Virus record (IMG/VR): IMGVR_UViG_3300010347_002503
Coordinates: 64,001 to 101,963 of that record
DNA length: 37,963 nucleotides
Source of the DNA: a virus
Taxonomy: Duplodnaviria; Heunggongvirae; Uroviricota; Caudoviricetes
Strand: one strand, 5' to 3'
The notes under the pieces are model-generated. The model ran no database searches, had not been told where the DNA came from, and saw only the letters and a program-made list of their open reading frames with translations. The position numbers were made by a program, and so were the translations under genes. Shown here in pieces: positions 9,823 through 18,944 of this stretch; the stretch's first letter is position 1, and each line of letters opens with the position of its first letter.

Positions 9823-10658
9823 TGAAACTGAAACGTATAGTCGAACAAACAACAGTCGCCGCCCAATATTACGATTTGGGGAAGGATTTTACTTCATTTA
9901 CTCGGGCGATGGATATGGCGACGGAAGAAGTCAAAAACCGTTTTGAGCAGGCTATTGCTGCTAAATTGAAGGGGAAAAAGATTCGGGCTAGGGCGTCTCG
10001 GGGCTATAAGCAATTCGAAAAGGATTATGAAATCAATGTCACCAATGTTTCTTTGGATGATTACTATGATAACTACGTAGTGGTAGTTCGTGGAAGTGAC
10101 AACAAAGAATATTTTTTGAAGCCGGGATTCAAGGTTCAAATTTTGGGAGCGGCGGATCAAGAACAACCAGAAGAACCAATTCAGCCTCAAAAACAGCCAG
10201 AAAAACCGGAAACTCCAACTCAACCTCCACAGCAACCACCACAGGCACAACCGGCAGTACCCCAATCAGCGGTTCCACAGTCTCCACAATCGCCGGAACA
10301 ATCAATAAAAGAGATGGATACGATTAGCAATACGGAAATAGTAAGGAAATATCCGATTGATGCGATTGTAAAAGACCTAGAGAACTGGTTGCCACGTCTT
10401 ATGAGGCAAAGCGGAAAAGACTTAAGGCCCTATGTTCCACAAGAAGGTGTATCTCGAACTAAAGGACGTAAAACAATTATCAGTTATGGAATAACCATTC
10501 CAGTTCAGGATTTACCGGGATTGACCGTGGACCAAATCAAACAAGAATTATCTCAAGCTACAAAATTAGGAGATATTGAACAGATTTACACGTTGGAGAA
10601 GTTTGACGTGAGAAATGACAAATACGTGATCATCGTCAAGAAAATCACGAACTACTAA
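9822..10658 (+). CDS. Hypothetical protein with Pro/Gln-rich linker, putative head-associated
   Basis: 278-aa ORF coupled to the upstream stop (TAATG); QPEEPIQPQKQPEKPETPTQPPQQPPQAQP low-complexity region. Confidence 0.75.
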   Translation: MKLKRIVEQTTVAAQYYDLGKDFTSFTRAMDMATEEVKNRFEQAIAAKLKGKKIRARASRGYKQFEKDYEINVTNVSLDDYYDNYVVVVRGSDNKEYFLKPGFKVQILGAADQEQPEEPIQPQKQPEKPETPTQPPQQPPQAQPAVPQSAVPQSPQSPEQSIKEMDTISNTEIVRKYPIDAIVKDLENWLPRLMRQSGKDLRPYVPQEGVSRTKGRKTIISYGITIPVQDLPGLTVDQIKQELSQATKLGDIEQIYTLEKFDVRNDKYVIIVKKITNY

Positions 10659-10664
10659 CAACCT

Positions 10665-11285
10665 ATGAACGACAGAAAACTACTTGTAGAAGTACAAACT
10701 TTCAGGGCCGATCCTCGCATGTTAAAGGAGAGTCTTGAAAGACCGAATGCCCCGTTTCGAGTCAAAGGTATTCTGCAACGTGCTGGCATCAAAAACCAGA
10801 ACGGTAGAATTTATCCAAAGGACGTATTGATGCGAGAAGCTCAAAAGTATAATGATACATTCGTTCGTGAAAACCGAGCAATGGGAGAACTCGATCATCC
10901 CGAAACATCGGTTGTAAATCTCCGAAACGTATGCCACAAAGTTGTGGAAATGCACTGGGAAGGTGATGACTTGATAGGGACATGTGAGATTCTCTCAACT
11001 CCAAGTGGAAACATTCTTCGTGAGTTGTTCCGCAGTGGAGTTAACGTTGGTATCTCATCCAGAGCTCTTGGTTCTTTGAAACAAGTCTCCGAAGGAACTT
11101 CGCTGGTTGGAGACGACCTTGAACTTATTGCCTTTGATTTCGTATCGAATCCATCTACAGCAGGAGCATTCATGTTTGCCGAGACTCCGTTAATGGAAGG
11201 GGTTAATAAAATCCAAAATCCTACTACCGGAAAATGGGAAACAGTGAATAAGATTGTCCGTGATATTCTAAATGAAATTAACTAA
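10665..11285 (+). CDS. gp21: Prohead core protease (T4 gp21-like)
   Basis: Motifs GIKNQNGRIYP, AMGELDHP, VGISSRALGS, FDFVSNPST match gp21-type maturation proteases. Confidence 0.93.
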   Translation: MNDRKLLVEVQTFRADPRMLKESLERPNAPFRVKGILQRAGIKNQNGRIYPKDVLMREAQKYNDTFVRENRAMGELDHPETSVVNLRNVCHKVVEMHWEGDDLIGTCEILSTPSGNILRELFRSGVNVGISSRALGSLKQVSEGTSLVGDDLELIAFDFVSNPSTAGAFMFAETPLMEGVNKIQNPTTGKWETVNKIVRDILNEIN

Positions 11286-11288
11286 AAG

Positions 11289-12674
11289 ATGAAAAAACAA
11301 GAATTGAAATCAATCATTAAGGAATGCATTCAATCGGTTCTGAAAGAAAACTTCATGACCGAGGATGTAAAAGACCCAACTCGTGGAGAAATGCTTCGTT
11401 TCTTGCAGCAACAATTTGGTCGTGAAGAAGGATTTCTGGATGCTGCCGAAGTAGCAATGTTTTGGTTTGCCAATAACTATCATGGAGGTCAAGGGTCAAA
11501 CCTTTACTCCGTTTTGAGCAAATCTCCTTTTATTCCCGGTCGCAATTCTCGTGGTCCAGAACCCAACAGCTTGGAGGCGGACATGTATCAAGCACTCGAA
11601 GCAGTGTATGGTGGAAAAGAACATCGACACAGCGAAGAAGACTTACTCCAAGAAGCCAAACCCAAAGTTTTGAAATATCTAGACAATGGATTCTATATCA
11701 TCAGTGCTCAACAGGCCAAAGAATTTGCCGTCGATGGAAAACTTCCTCGACCCGGCTATGAAAAGAAAGCCGACATAAGCAAACTCAAAGGCTACATGGG
11801 AGATTATAATAATCGTATTGAACCATTGGATATAGATGAAACAACCACGGGGTGGATTCTACCAACCCGAGTGGGAGATAAAATGGTCTGGGCAATTCGT
11901 CTTTACACAAGTCCTAAACCTATGATGCAGGGAATGAAAGAAATGACTACTACGGGAGCAGTACAGGGATACATGACTCCTAAAGCATTTGGTAAGAAAA
12001 AGAAGTTCAATGAAAATGAAACAAATGACTTCATAGAAGGACAATCTAACCAAGTTGCTGCCAATCGAGTAAATAAGCTTCTTTCGTTGATAACCAAAGG
12101 TATTCATTCGGATAACAACTGGGAAGCAATTAGGAAGATTTTCAAAAAGTTGGACGAAGCGGGTCTAAATGTAACGATTACTAAAACACAATACGGTGGT
12201 CATGCTGAAACCCAAAGCGGGATGCCAAAATATAAAGAATGGCATATTTCTATTCCTTTTACCAACAATAAAGGAAAACCAATGGAATTGGTTGGTGTAA
12301 TTAAGGCTCACGGTGCAGGCACAATTGAAGATCCATTATCGAGTTACGATATTACAGCATTCGTAACTGCTATGCCACAAAGGGATTTGCAAGAGGAAGA
12401 GCAGCCAGAAATGTATGATGCCGAAACCGACCAGTTCGCTCCCGGTCCTCGTCAACGTCCAGAAAACTGGCAACAAGGTGGAGACACTGTTCCTCAACCA
12501 GACACCGCAAAAATCCAAAAAGCTCTTCAAGCCATTGGTAAGATGAAACACCACGAATGGCGTGGTTTGATGGCTAGAGCAATCAAAGCTCATCGTTTCC
12601 ATCCAGATGACGGTAAATACCCAGATCGTTTGAATTTGGGGTTGGCCCTGCAATATCTGGCCGAACACCCGTAA
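11289..12674 (+). CDS. Modular putative internal head protein (MKKQELK... N-terminus)
   Basis: 461-aa ORF; segments bounded by VLKE, LLQE, MKE, FNE, LQE; contains EMTTTGAVQGYMTPKAF. Confidence 0.75.
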   Translation: MKKQELKSIIKECIQSVLKENFMTEDVKDPTRGEMLRFLQQQFGREEGFLDAAEVAMFWFANNYHGGQGSNLYSVLSKSPFIPGRNSRGPEPNSLEADMYQALEAVYGGKEHRHSEEDLLQEAKPKVLKYLDNGFYIISAQQAKEFAVDGKLPRPGYEKKADISKLKGYMGDYNNRIEPLDIDETTTGWILPTRVGDKMVWAIRLYTSPKPMMQGMKEMTTTGAVQGYMTPKAFGKKKKFNENETNDFIEGQSNQVAANRVNKLLSLITKGIHSDNNWEAIRKIFKKLDEAGLNVTITKTQYGGHAETQSGMPKYKEWHISIPFTNNKGKPMELVGVIKAHGAGTIEDPLSSYDITAFVTAMPQRDLQEEEQPEMYDAETDQFAPGPRQRPENWQQGGDTVPQPDTAKIQKALQAIGKMKHHEWRGLMARAIKAHRFHPDDGKYPDRLNLGLALQYLAEHP

Positions 12675-12683
12675 TATAAAAAG

Positions 12684-12712
12684 TTGCTTCTTCATTCATT
12701 TTGGTGTATGTT
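12684..12712 (+). promoter_or_regulatory. sigma70-like promoter (TTGCTT-N17-TATGTT) for guaC
   Basis: Hexamers at 12684-12689 and 12707-12712; ATG 9 nt downstream; no SD seen. Confidence 0.45.
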
Positions 12713-12721
12713 TACGCCAAA

Positions 12722-13672
12722 ATGAAACTGTTCTCCTACGACGACATGTGTCTCGTCCCCAAATATTCCGAGTTAACGTCTCGGGATAATGGAAATACTT
12801 CGGTTGAACTTTGTGGGTACAAATTCCGTCTTCCTGTTGTTCCTGCAAATATGGCCGACGTAATGTCGTGGGACATAGCCGATAAACTTCAACTCAATGA
12901 TTATTTTTATATCATGCATCGGTTTGATGGAGCAAACAGCAAAATTCCTCCCAAATTCGAGGGAGGAGCGGACACGAAAGTTGTAAGTCTCAGTGTAGGT
13001 GTTCGAGAGGAAGATCGAGATTTTCTAAAATCGCTTATTTTCACACCGTCATTTATCACTGTCGATGTTGCCCATGCTCACCATTCCTTGGTTGCAAAAA
13101 TGTTGAAGTTTCTTCATAGTTTTTATTCGGAACCATATACCGAACGTCCAAAATTCATTGTTGGAAACGTGGCTACAGTTGATGGTTACATGTTTCTCTG
13201 CGATAATGGAGCCGATGTTGTTAAAGTAGGAATCGGCGGTGGAAGTATTTGTACTACTCGCTTTCAAACTGGATTTCATCTTCCTACTGCATATAGTGTG
13301 TGGGATTGCGTGGAAAACAACGGGGGGCGGTATGATGTTCCAATTATCGCCGATGGTGGGGCCAAACATTTTGGGGATGTAGCAAAAGCATTAACTCTTG
13401 GAGCTACGATGGTTATGAGCGGAGGTTGGTTTGCAAGTTGTATTGATTCTCCTGCTAAAATCCAGAATGGCAAGAAGTTATACCGAGGTTCAACTTCATA
13501 TGAAGCAAAAGGCCAAAAGAAACATATCGAAGGTAGAACACTGGAATTGGATGAGGGAACTACTTATTTCGAAAGACTAGAAGAAATACGTCAAGCGATT
13601 TGTTCTAGTATTTCCTACGCAGGAGGAACAGACCTGTCAGCGTTTAACACTGTTAAATGGGATTTACTATGA
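12722..13672 (+). CDS. guaC: GMP reductase (IMPDH/GMPR family, short Bacillus-type GuaC)
   Basis: FSYDDMCLVP, FRLPVVPANM, YIMHRF, ITVDVAHAH, VKVGIGGGSICTTR (catalytic Cys), IIADGG, GDVAKALTLGATMVM; no CBS domains. Confidence 0.88.
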   Translation: MKLFSYDDMCLVPKYSELTSRDNGNTSVELCGYKFRLPVVPANMADVMSWDIADKLQLNDYFYIMHRFDGANSKIPPKFEGGADTKVVSLSVGVREEDRDFLKSLIFTPSFITVDVAHAHHSLVAKMLKFLHSFYSEPYTERPKFIVGNVATVDGYMFLCDNGADVVKVGIGGGSICTTRFQTGFHLPTAYSVWDCVENNGGRYDVPIIADGGAKHFGDVAKALTLGATMVMSGGWFASCIDSPAKIQNGKKLYRGSTSYEAKGQKKHIEGRTLELDEGTTYFERLEEIRQAICSSISYAGGTDLSAFNTVKWDLL

Positions 13673-13756
13673 TCTCAGACCTATGAACAGTTCGTTTTTC
13701 CGTCATCGATGTATTTAACACCAACGGAAACATCCCGAAAACGAAAGAAAAAAAAA

Positions 13757-14068
13757 ATGCAAGTAAAAAATCTATTAACACAGTACGTTGACCCCAAGAC
13801 GGCGGTCATCCTAGAGCACGTAAACCAAGGACAGAAGGTTACCTTCCAATATTTCCGTGACAATGAGTTTTGGTACAAAACCGATAAAGGATTGATGTTC
13901 CCGATTCCGCTTGCCGAAGCACAGGCGGGCCGAGCAACATTTCTTGCCAGCGACAAAGCGATTTACTACATGCGATGGATTAAGAAATACATCGAAGCAT
14001 GTAAAAAGGAAGCAGCAAATGAGAATAGTAATCACGGGTCACCGAACGGAAAAACTAACACTGTATGA
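13757..14068 (+). CDS. Hypothetical protein
   Basis: ORF from ATG 13757 (MQVKNLL...) after an A-rich tract; no recognisable motif. Confidence 0.7.
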   Translation: MQVKNLLTQYVDPKTAVILEHVNQGQKVTFQYFRDNEFWYKTDKGLMFPIPLAEAQAGRATFLASDKAIYYMRWIKKYIEACKKEAANENSNHGSPNGKTNTV

Positions 14069-14480
14069 CATCGGGTGGATACAAACCGCCATTGATGACG
14101 TTTTAGTTACCATTAAAGCGAATAATTCGTCACTTCTGGCATATTCTGGAATGGCAAGTGGTGTTGATTTGCATTTTTGCAAGTCCTGCATCATTCTTGG
14201 TATCCCGTACATTGCCTGTGTACCTTTTGAGAGTCAGGAACTTACCATGTCTCCCCGAGACGCCGACCTTCGGGAACAACTTCTGAAATCCGCCAAGAAA
14301 ATCGAGCGAGTCAAAAATTCTTGGATGGTTGAACATTGTGATATCGGTATTGTGGTTTGGGACGCCAATAAGGGAGGTACCCATAATGTCGTTCAGCAAT
14401 TTGTAGAAAACCGAAAGAACTTCTATTGGATAAACCCCGTAGGGAAAGTCACTTGGAAGTGTTTCATCGGAAACCCTTGA
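14019..14480 (+). CDS. SLOG-superfamily (YspA/DUF1273-like) nucleotide-binding protein
   Basis: MRIVITGHR, SGMASGVDLHF, IPYIACVPF, NSWMVEHCD, VWD...GGT-x-N-V-V match the YspA-type SLOG pattern. Confidence 0.8.
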   Translation: MRIVITGHRTEKLTLYDIGWIQTAIDDVLVTIKANNSSLLAYSGMASGVDLHFCKSCIILGIPYIACVPFESQELTMSPRDADLREQLLKSAKKIERVKNSWMVEHCDIGIVVWDANKGGTHNVVQQFVENRKNFYWINPVGKVTWKCFIGNP

Positions 14481-14505
14481 CTTTTAGTTCTGATTTTGAT
14501 ACCAT
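14477..14505 (+). promoter_or_regulatory. sigma70-like promoter (TTGACT-N17-TACCAT, TGn extended -10)
   Basis: Hexamers at 14477-14482 and 14500-14505; ATG at 14520. Confidence 0.5.
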
Positions 14506-14519
14506 CTTCCTCTAAAACT

Positions 14520-15047
14520 ATGAAAAAGAGCGACAGATTGCGTCGTCAAGCCGAAGATACTATGAATAAAGTTCGAACGATTGCTCGACATATTCAGAAT
14601 GTTGAGGATAACTGTCTTCTTCTTGGAGAGAAGTTGATCGAGCGGGGTGAGGTTGAATTGGGGCATAAACTCATTGCCAATGGTTATGTTCATGATGCAT
14701 CTAAGTTTTGGGGCATCGAATGGGAATACATGGCACCGGGACAAATCACTGAGGAAGAAAATGCAAAAGTTAAACTTAAATTAGCGGTTCAACATCACAA
14801 TCGAACCAATTCTCATCATCCTGAATTTTGGGGACGAATTCAAGACATGCCGAGAATTGCGGTGGCAGAAATGGTTGCAGACTGGAAGGCACGTTCCGAA
14901 GAGTTTGGAACTTCTCTTCGGGATTGGATTGATGAACAAGCGACGAAACGATTTCATTTCACGAAAGAAGAACGTATATACAAGGAAATAATGGAATTTG
15001 TAGATCTTATTTGCCCCAAACCATTTGAAAATCTTTCACAAAGCTAA
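14520..15047 (+). CDS. HD-like metal-binding protein (resembles DUF5662 family)
   Basis: HDASK, HHNRTNSHHPEFW, MP...EMVADW-x-AR pattern; family name recalled, needs HMM confirmation. Confidence 0.7.
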   Translation: MKKSDRLRRQAEDTMNKVRTIARHIQNVEDNCLLLGEKLIERGEVELGHKLIANGYVHDASKFWGIEWEYMAPGQITEEENAKVKLKLAVQHHNRTNSHHPEFWGRIQDMPRIAVAEMVADWKARSEEFGTSLRDWIDEQATKRFHFTKEERIYKEIMEFVDLICPKPFENLSQS

Positions 15048-15055
15048 ATAAGGGC

Positions 15056-15083
15056 TTGACTTTTTCTAAAACTCACGTATAAT
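15056..15083 (+). promoter_or_regulatory. sigma70-like promoter (TTGACT-N16-TATAAT) heading the radical SAM / SNSSS operon; predicted leaderless mRNA
   Basis: Near-consensus hexamers; A of ATG 15090 is 7 nt after the last base of the -10 box. Confidence 0.7.
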
Positions 15084-15089
15084 TTCCCT

Positions 15090-15581
15090 ATGAAAATTAG
15101 AGCCGGTTTCGTATCAAACAGTTCATCCTCTTCTTACGTTTGCGATGTCAGCGGAGAAGCGTTTGAAGTACATGATGATTGTTTTTGGGATGCGGGTCTT
15201 TGCCAATGTCCTATGGGACATGTCTTCCAAAAAAAGTTTCTCGTCAAATGGGAACGAAAATATCCCTCTCGGGATGAGATGTTGTCCAAATTGGACGAAG
15301 TAACTGATAGTAAGCGTGAATGCATGGAATTCCGACGATTGACGGATTCACAACTGAAACAGAAATATTTGGAAATAACCGAGGGATACCAAGGCAACAA
15401 TGCAAATGTTAATGAGTGCCCAATTTGCACCATGACCTTTATTAAGGATTCCGATCTCATCAAGTACATGCTAAAAAAGCAAGGACTGACTCGGGAGGAA
15501 TTGGTTGTTCAAATCCGTGCTGAGTTTGATAACAATTTTCCTGCCTTTTTGGGGTGGATTGAATGTACTAAGAAGAACTAA
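15090..15581 (+). CDS. SNSSS-leader protein, copy 1 (Cys-rich, putative Zn-binding body)
   Basis: MKIRAGFVSNSSSSSYVCDVSG; C-x-C-x3-H and CPIC; body similar to copy 3. Confidence 0.85.
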   Translation: MKIRAGFVSNSSSSSYVCDVSGEAFEVHDDCFWDAGLCQCPMGHVFQKKFLVKWERKYPSRDEMLSKLDEVTDSKRECMEFRRLTDSQLKQKYLEITEGYQGNNANVNECPICTMTFIKDSDLIKYMLKKQGLTREELVVQIRAEFDNNFPAFLGWIECTKKN

Positions 15582-15583
15582 AT

Positions 15584-16663
15584 ATGAATCCAACTATCTG
15601 GACCACCGTCAACAAGAACGGCGAGAAGATCAAAGTTCTTCAATCGGATAATTACAACTACGTGTTCAATTCGGTCACGGGATTTTTTGCCCGATGGGGA
15701 AGTAAAAAAGAAGACGATCCGGAATGGGCTCCATTTGGTCCCGAAATCATGGACATCGAAATTTCGGAAGGTGAAGGTTGTCCTCTGTCCTGTCCGTTTT
15801 GTTACAAAGGTAACCGAAAAGGCACGAACGCCACGAACATGTCTTTTGAGACGTTCCGGCGAATCTTTAAAACGTTTCCACCAACGTTAACTCAGATTGC
15901 ATTTGGCATTACATCTGTTGGTTCACATCCCGAATTGTTTGATATTTTTCAATATTGCCGGGATAATGGTGTTATTCCCAACGTCACAATCAACGGTGCG
16001 GACCCATTAACCGATGAACAAATTGAAAAACTGGTGAGGGTTTGTGGTGCTATGGCGGTGTCTGTTGTATGGCCAAATCCAGAAAAGGGGTTTAACCTCA
16101 TCAAACGACTTACTGACGCTGGTGCTAAACAAATTAACATTCACTTCATGATTTCAAAACAAACCATTGAGAATGCATATAAGGTTTGTGACGCAATGAA
16201 GAACGATCCTCGATTGGCAAAAATGAATGCCATTGTATTCCTTGGTCTAAAACCAAAGGCTCGTGGACAGGCGTTTGATGTTCTTCCAACAGAAGATTTC
16301 GTGAAGTTGGTAAATTACTGCTTGGAAAATGGAGTGAAGTTTGGGTTCGATTCTTGTTCTGCTCCTCGATTTGACAGGGCAATAGAACTTTCTACCCTTC
16401 CGAAAGAAATTAAGGCCAATCTCATGGCTTGTTCTGAACGTTGCGAATCGGGGTTATTCTCAGCTTACATTGACGCCAGTGGAAAATATTGGCACTGTTC
16501 GTTTGGAGAAAACCGTGAGGATGCTTACGGTATTGACGTAACCAAAATTAAAAACTTCACTCAAGAAGTATGGCTTAGTGAACCGATGATAGAATGGAGA
16601 AAAAAGCTTTTCGGTTTGTCGAGAGAGTGTCCACTTTACCCAGAAATACGTGTTAAACAATGA
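15584..16663 (+). CDS. Radical SAM enzyme with C-terminal Cys-containing (twitch/SPASM-like) extension
   Basis: CPLSCPFC (CxxxCxxC); C-terminal CSERCESGLFSAYIDASGKYWHCSF...ECP. Confidence 0.9.
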   Translation: MNPTIWTTVNKNGEKIKVLQSDNYNYVFNSVTGFFARWGSKKEDDPEWAPFGPEIMDIEISEGEGCPLSCPFCYKGNRKGTNATNMSFETFRRIFKTFPPTLTQIAFGITSVGSHPELFDIFQYCRDNGVIPNVTINGADPLTDEQIEKLVRVCGAMAVSVVWPNPEKGFNLIKRLTDAGAKQINIHFMISKQTIENAYKVCDAMKNDPRLAKMNAIVFLGLKPKARGQAFDVLPTEDFVKLVNYCLENGVKFGFDSCSAPRFDRAIELSTLPKEIKANLMACSERCESGLFSAYIDASGKYWHCSFGENREDAYGIDVTKIKNFTQEVWLSEPMIEWRKKLFGLSRECPLYPEIRVKQ

Positions 16664-17100
16664 AAACTCGAATCGGTTTTGTTTCCAATAGTTCCTCGGC
16701 ATCTTTTGTTGTAGCACTCAAAACAGAAGAAAAGCCATGTGCTCATTGCGGAAGGAGTGATCCAAACTTTCTTGATATTGTCGAAGCCATAGGAGCTCGT
16801 TTTGGAGGCGATTCCGAATGTACACAACTTCATGAACGAGGATCAGAAAACCTTCGAAGATATGTCGAGAGACAAATCAATGAAGATGAATGGCGTGATG
16901 ACACGGAAAAGAAACAATGGAAAGAAATTGTTGAATTTACCGAGAAGGCGGAAAAAAAAGGCTATACGGTGGCTCGAATAGAAATATCGTATCACGATGA
17001 AGTAACTAACAAAATGTTTCGTGATTTGGAAGAAAGAAAAATTCTGATACCCCTATGGTCTGACCATCGGGATATTAGTCTGCGGGAAGTGAAACTATGA
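16660..17100 (+). CDS. SNSSS-leader protein, copy 2
   Basis: MKTRIGFVSNSSSASFVV; CAHC motif; ATGA overlap with the radical SAM stop. Confidence 0.85.
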   Translation: MKTRIGFVSNSSSASFVVALKTEEKPCAHCGRSDPNFLDIVEAIGARFGGDSECTQLHERGSENLRRYVERQINEDEWRDDTEKKQWKEIVEFTEKAEKKGYTVARIEISYHDEVTNKMFRDLEERKILIPLWSDHRDISLREVKL

Positions 17101-17591
17101 AAATTAGAACCTGTTTTGTATCAAATAGTAGTTCATCCAGTTGCGTTTGTGACTTGTGTGGTAAAACGGAGACAGGTTGGGATTTATGTGTCGGCGATGC
17201 TGGAATGTTCATCTGCGTTAATGATCATACTGTTTGTCAAGACGAAGCTGTGATTGATTTCAATGATTGGATTGATGAACGTGAAAGGCGAGAACTCGCT
17301 GGTGAGTCAATGGAACCTGCCGAATATGGGGTTCCAGAAAAGTACTGCCCATTTTGTTGCATGATTGAATTCACTCAGAGTGATTTGAAACGGTATCTTT
17401 ATCAAAAAACTCATATTCCAGATGAAAAGGTACTCGCCGAGGTCAAAGCGGCAAATAAACATCGTAAGAAGCTGTATGCTTCCGAGTATGTTATGTATGT
17501 ACTGGGCCTATGTGGTATTAAAACCGAAGATTTGATTAAAGAAATTAAAGAGAAGTTCTCAAGCTACGCAGAGTTTAGAAAGGCCCTATGA
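17097..17591 (+). CDS. SNSSS-leader protein, copy 3 (Cys-rich; paralog of copy 1)
   Basis: MKIRTCFVSNSSSSSCVCDLCG; CVNDH; CPFCC; ATGA overlap. Confidence 0.85.
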   Translation: MKIRTCFVSNSSSSSCVCDLCGKTETGWDLCVGDAGMFICVNDHTVCQDEAVIDFNDWIDERERRELAGESMEPAEYGVPEKYCPFCCMIEFTQSDLKRYLYQKTHIPDEKVLAEVKAANKHRKKLYASEYVMYVLGLCGIKTEDLIKEIKEKFSSYAEFRKAL

Positions 17592-18076
17592 AAATTCGAA
17601 ATGGTTTTGTCAGCAATAGTAGCAGTTCTAGTTTCGTTGTAATTAGATCTGCTTCAAACGACGATATTGCAAAATTACGAGGGCAATGGGGCGGTAAGAA
17701 AGATCTAAAAATTACACTCGACTTAGGTTGTCATCAATTTGGGTGGGAGAGAACGAAATACTCTCATTTCTGGGACCGTGTGTTATTTGCTTGGATACAA
17801 GCTGCTTATATGCAGTATCCTCGGAAAAACGGTGGACATCCGGAATGGATGAAGATGCTCAACAGGGTTTTGAAGAGATACCTGAAAGTCAAAAACATCC
17901 ATTGGGATGGAGTGTCTCTTGAATATAATGAAAAAACTAAAGATTATTGCTACATCGATCACCAGTCGTCAGCAACGGAAGGAATGAACACAGAAATCTT
18001 CGATTCGGAAGACCAATTAAAAAATTTCCTTTTCTCTTCCAATTCTTACATTCAAGGTGGAAACGATAACGAATGA
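17588..18076 (+). CDS. SNSSS-leader protein, copy 4
   Basis: MKIRNGFVSNSSSSSFVVI; C-terminal YIDHQS...GGNDNE; ATGA overlap. Confidence 0.85.
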   Translation: MKIRNGFVSNSSSSSFVVIRSASNDDIAKLRGQWGGKKDLKITLDLGCHQFGWERTKYSHFWDRVLFAWIQAAYMQYPRKNGGHPEWMKMLNRVLKRYLKVKNIHWDGVSLEYNEKTKDYCYIDHQSSATEGMNTEIFDSEDQLKNFLFSSNSYIQGGNDNE

Positions 18077-18567
18077 AGGCAAGAAACGGATTCATCAGTA
18101 ATAGTTCATCAAGTTCTTTCGTGGTTCCTCGTTTTGAAGACACGATGGGAAAGCGTAAAAAACTTCTCCTAAAGAACGATGAAATAAAACTAAAGAAATT
18201 TGGGTTCAGTCTCGGATTGAATTTTTATCCAGACCAAGTTAGGCTTTCCTCGGATGACGAAAAGCTGAATCCTGAACTCGATAGAGAAATCTTAAAATCG
18301 GCCAACTGGTGTCAATATGTCTCTTGCAACCAAGACGAAACCATTGAATTTTTGTTGAAAAACCGTATTTCATTTACTGCTGACATTTATTATGGTCATT
18401 ACAGCATGATTTACGATGGTAAGACGGATGTCTTGATCATTGCCCAAAACTTCGGAAAACAAATACAGATGTGTGGCACCGACAAAATGACTTTTGCCTC
18501 CATTAAAGAGACAAACCCAGTCGAACGAACGACTGGAAAAGAATATATTAAAACACTCAAAATATGA
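18073..18567 (+). CDS. SNSSS-leader protein, copy 5
   Basis: MKARNGFISNSSSSSFVVP; ATGA overlap. Confidence 0.85.
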   Translation: MKARNGFISNSSSSSFVVPRFEDTMGKRKKLLLKNDEIKLKKFGFSLGLNFYPDQVRLSSDDEKLNPELDREILKSANWCQYVSCNQDETIEFLLKNRISFTADIYYGHYSMIYDGKTDVLIIAQNFGKQIQMCGTDKMTFASIKETNPVERTTGKEYIKTLKI

Positions 18568-18935
18568 AAATCAGAGAAGGATTCGTGTCAAACAGTTCAT
18601 CCAGTTCATTCGTGATTGTTACCACTCCGGAAGCGTGGAAAAACGCCAAGAAAAAGCTGGTAGAAAAAGTAGGTGAAAAAATCGCCAAAATTATTGTTGA
18701 AGAAATCGGCAAACCAGAGAGGGCAAAGGTTTTCGGACAAGATGCTTTAGTGTTCTCTGGGGTAATTTCTTCTGAGGAGTATGGATACGTTGGCATTGCT
18801 CGACTTAGAGAAAAAGTAGAACTCACCGAGGAGGAAGAGGAAAAGCTTTCTGTCGAGGCATACGACCAACACCATGAATTGGACAAAATTCTCAAGGAAG
18901 ATGGAATTTCTTTTACGTCTAATCGGACCCATTAG
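18564..18935 (+). CDS. SNSSS-leader protein, copy 6
   Basis: MKIREGFVSNSSSSSFVIV; ATGA overlap. Confidence 0.85.
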   Translation: MKIREGFVSNSSSSSFVIVTTPEAWKNAKKKLVEKVGEKIAKIIVEEIGKPERAKVFGQDALVFSGVISSEEYGYVGIARLREKVELTEEEEEKLSVEAYDQHHELDKILKEDGISFTSNRTH

Positions 18936-18944
18936 TGTTAATTT

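Noticed and set aside
13691-13757. Hairpin (TTCGTTTT/AAAACGAA, TTTCCGT/ACGGAAA) followed by an A10 tract between guaC and the next gene
   Set aside because: The U-tract is on the wrong side for a terminator on either strand, and there is no covariation evidence for a structured RNA; kept only as a note.
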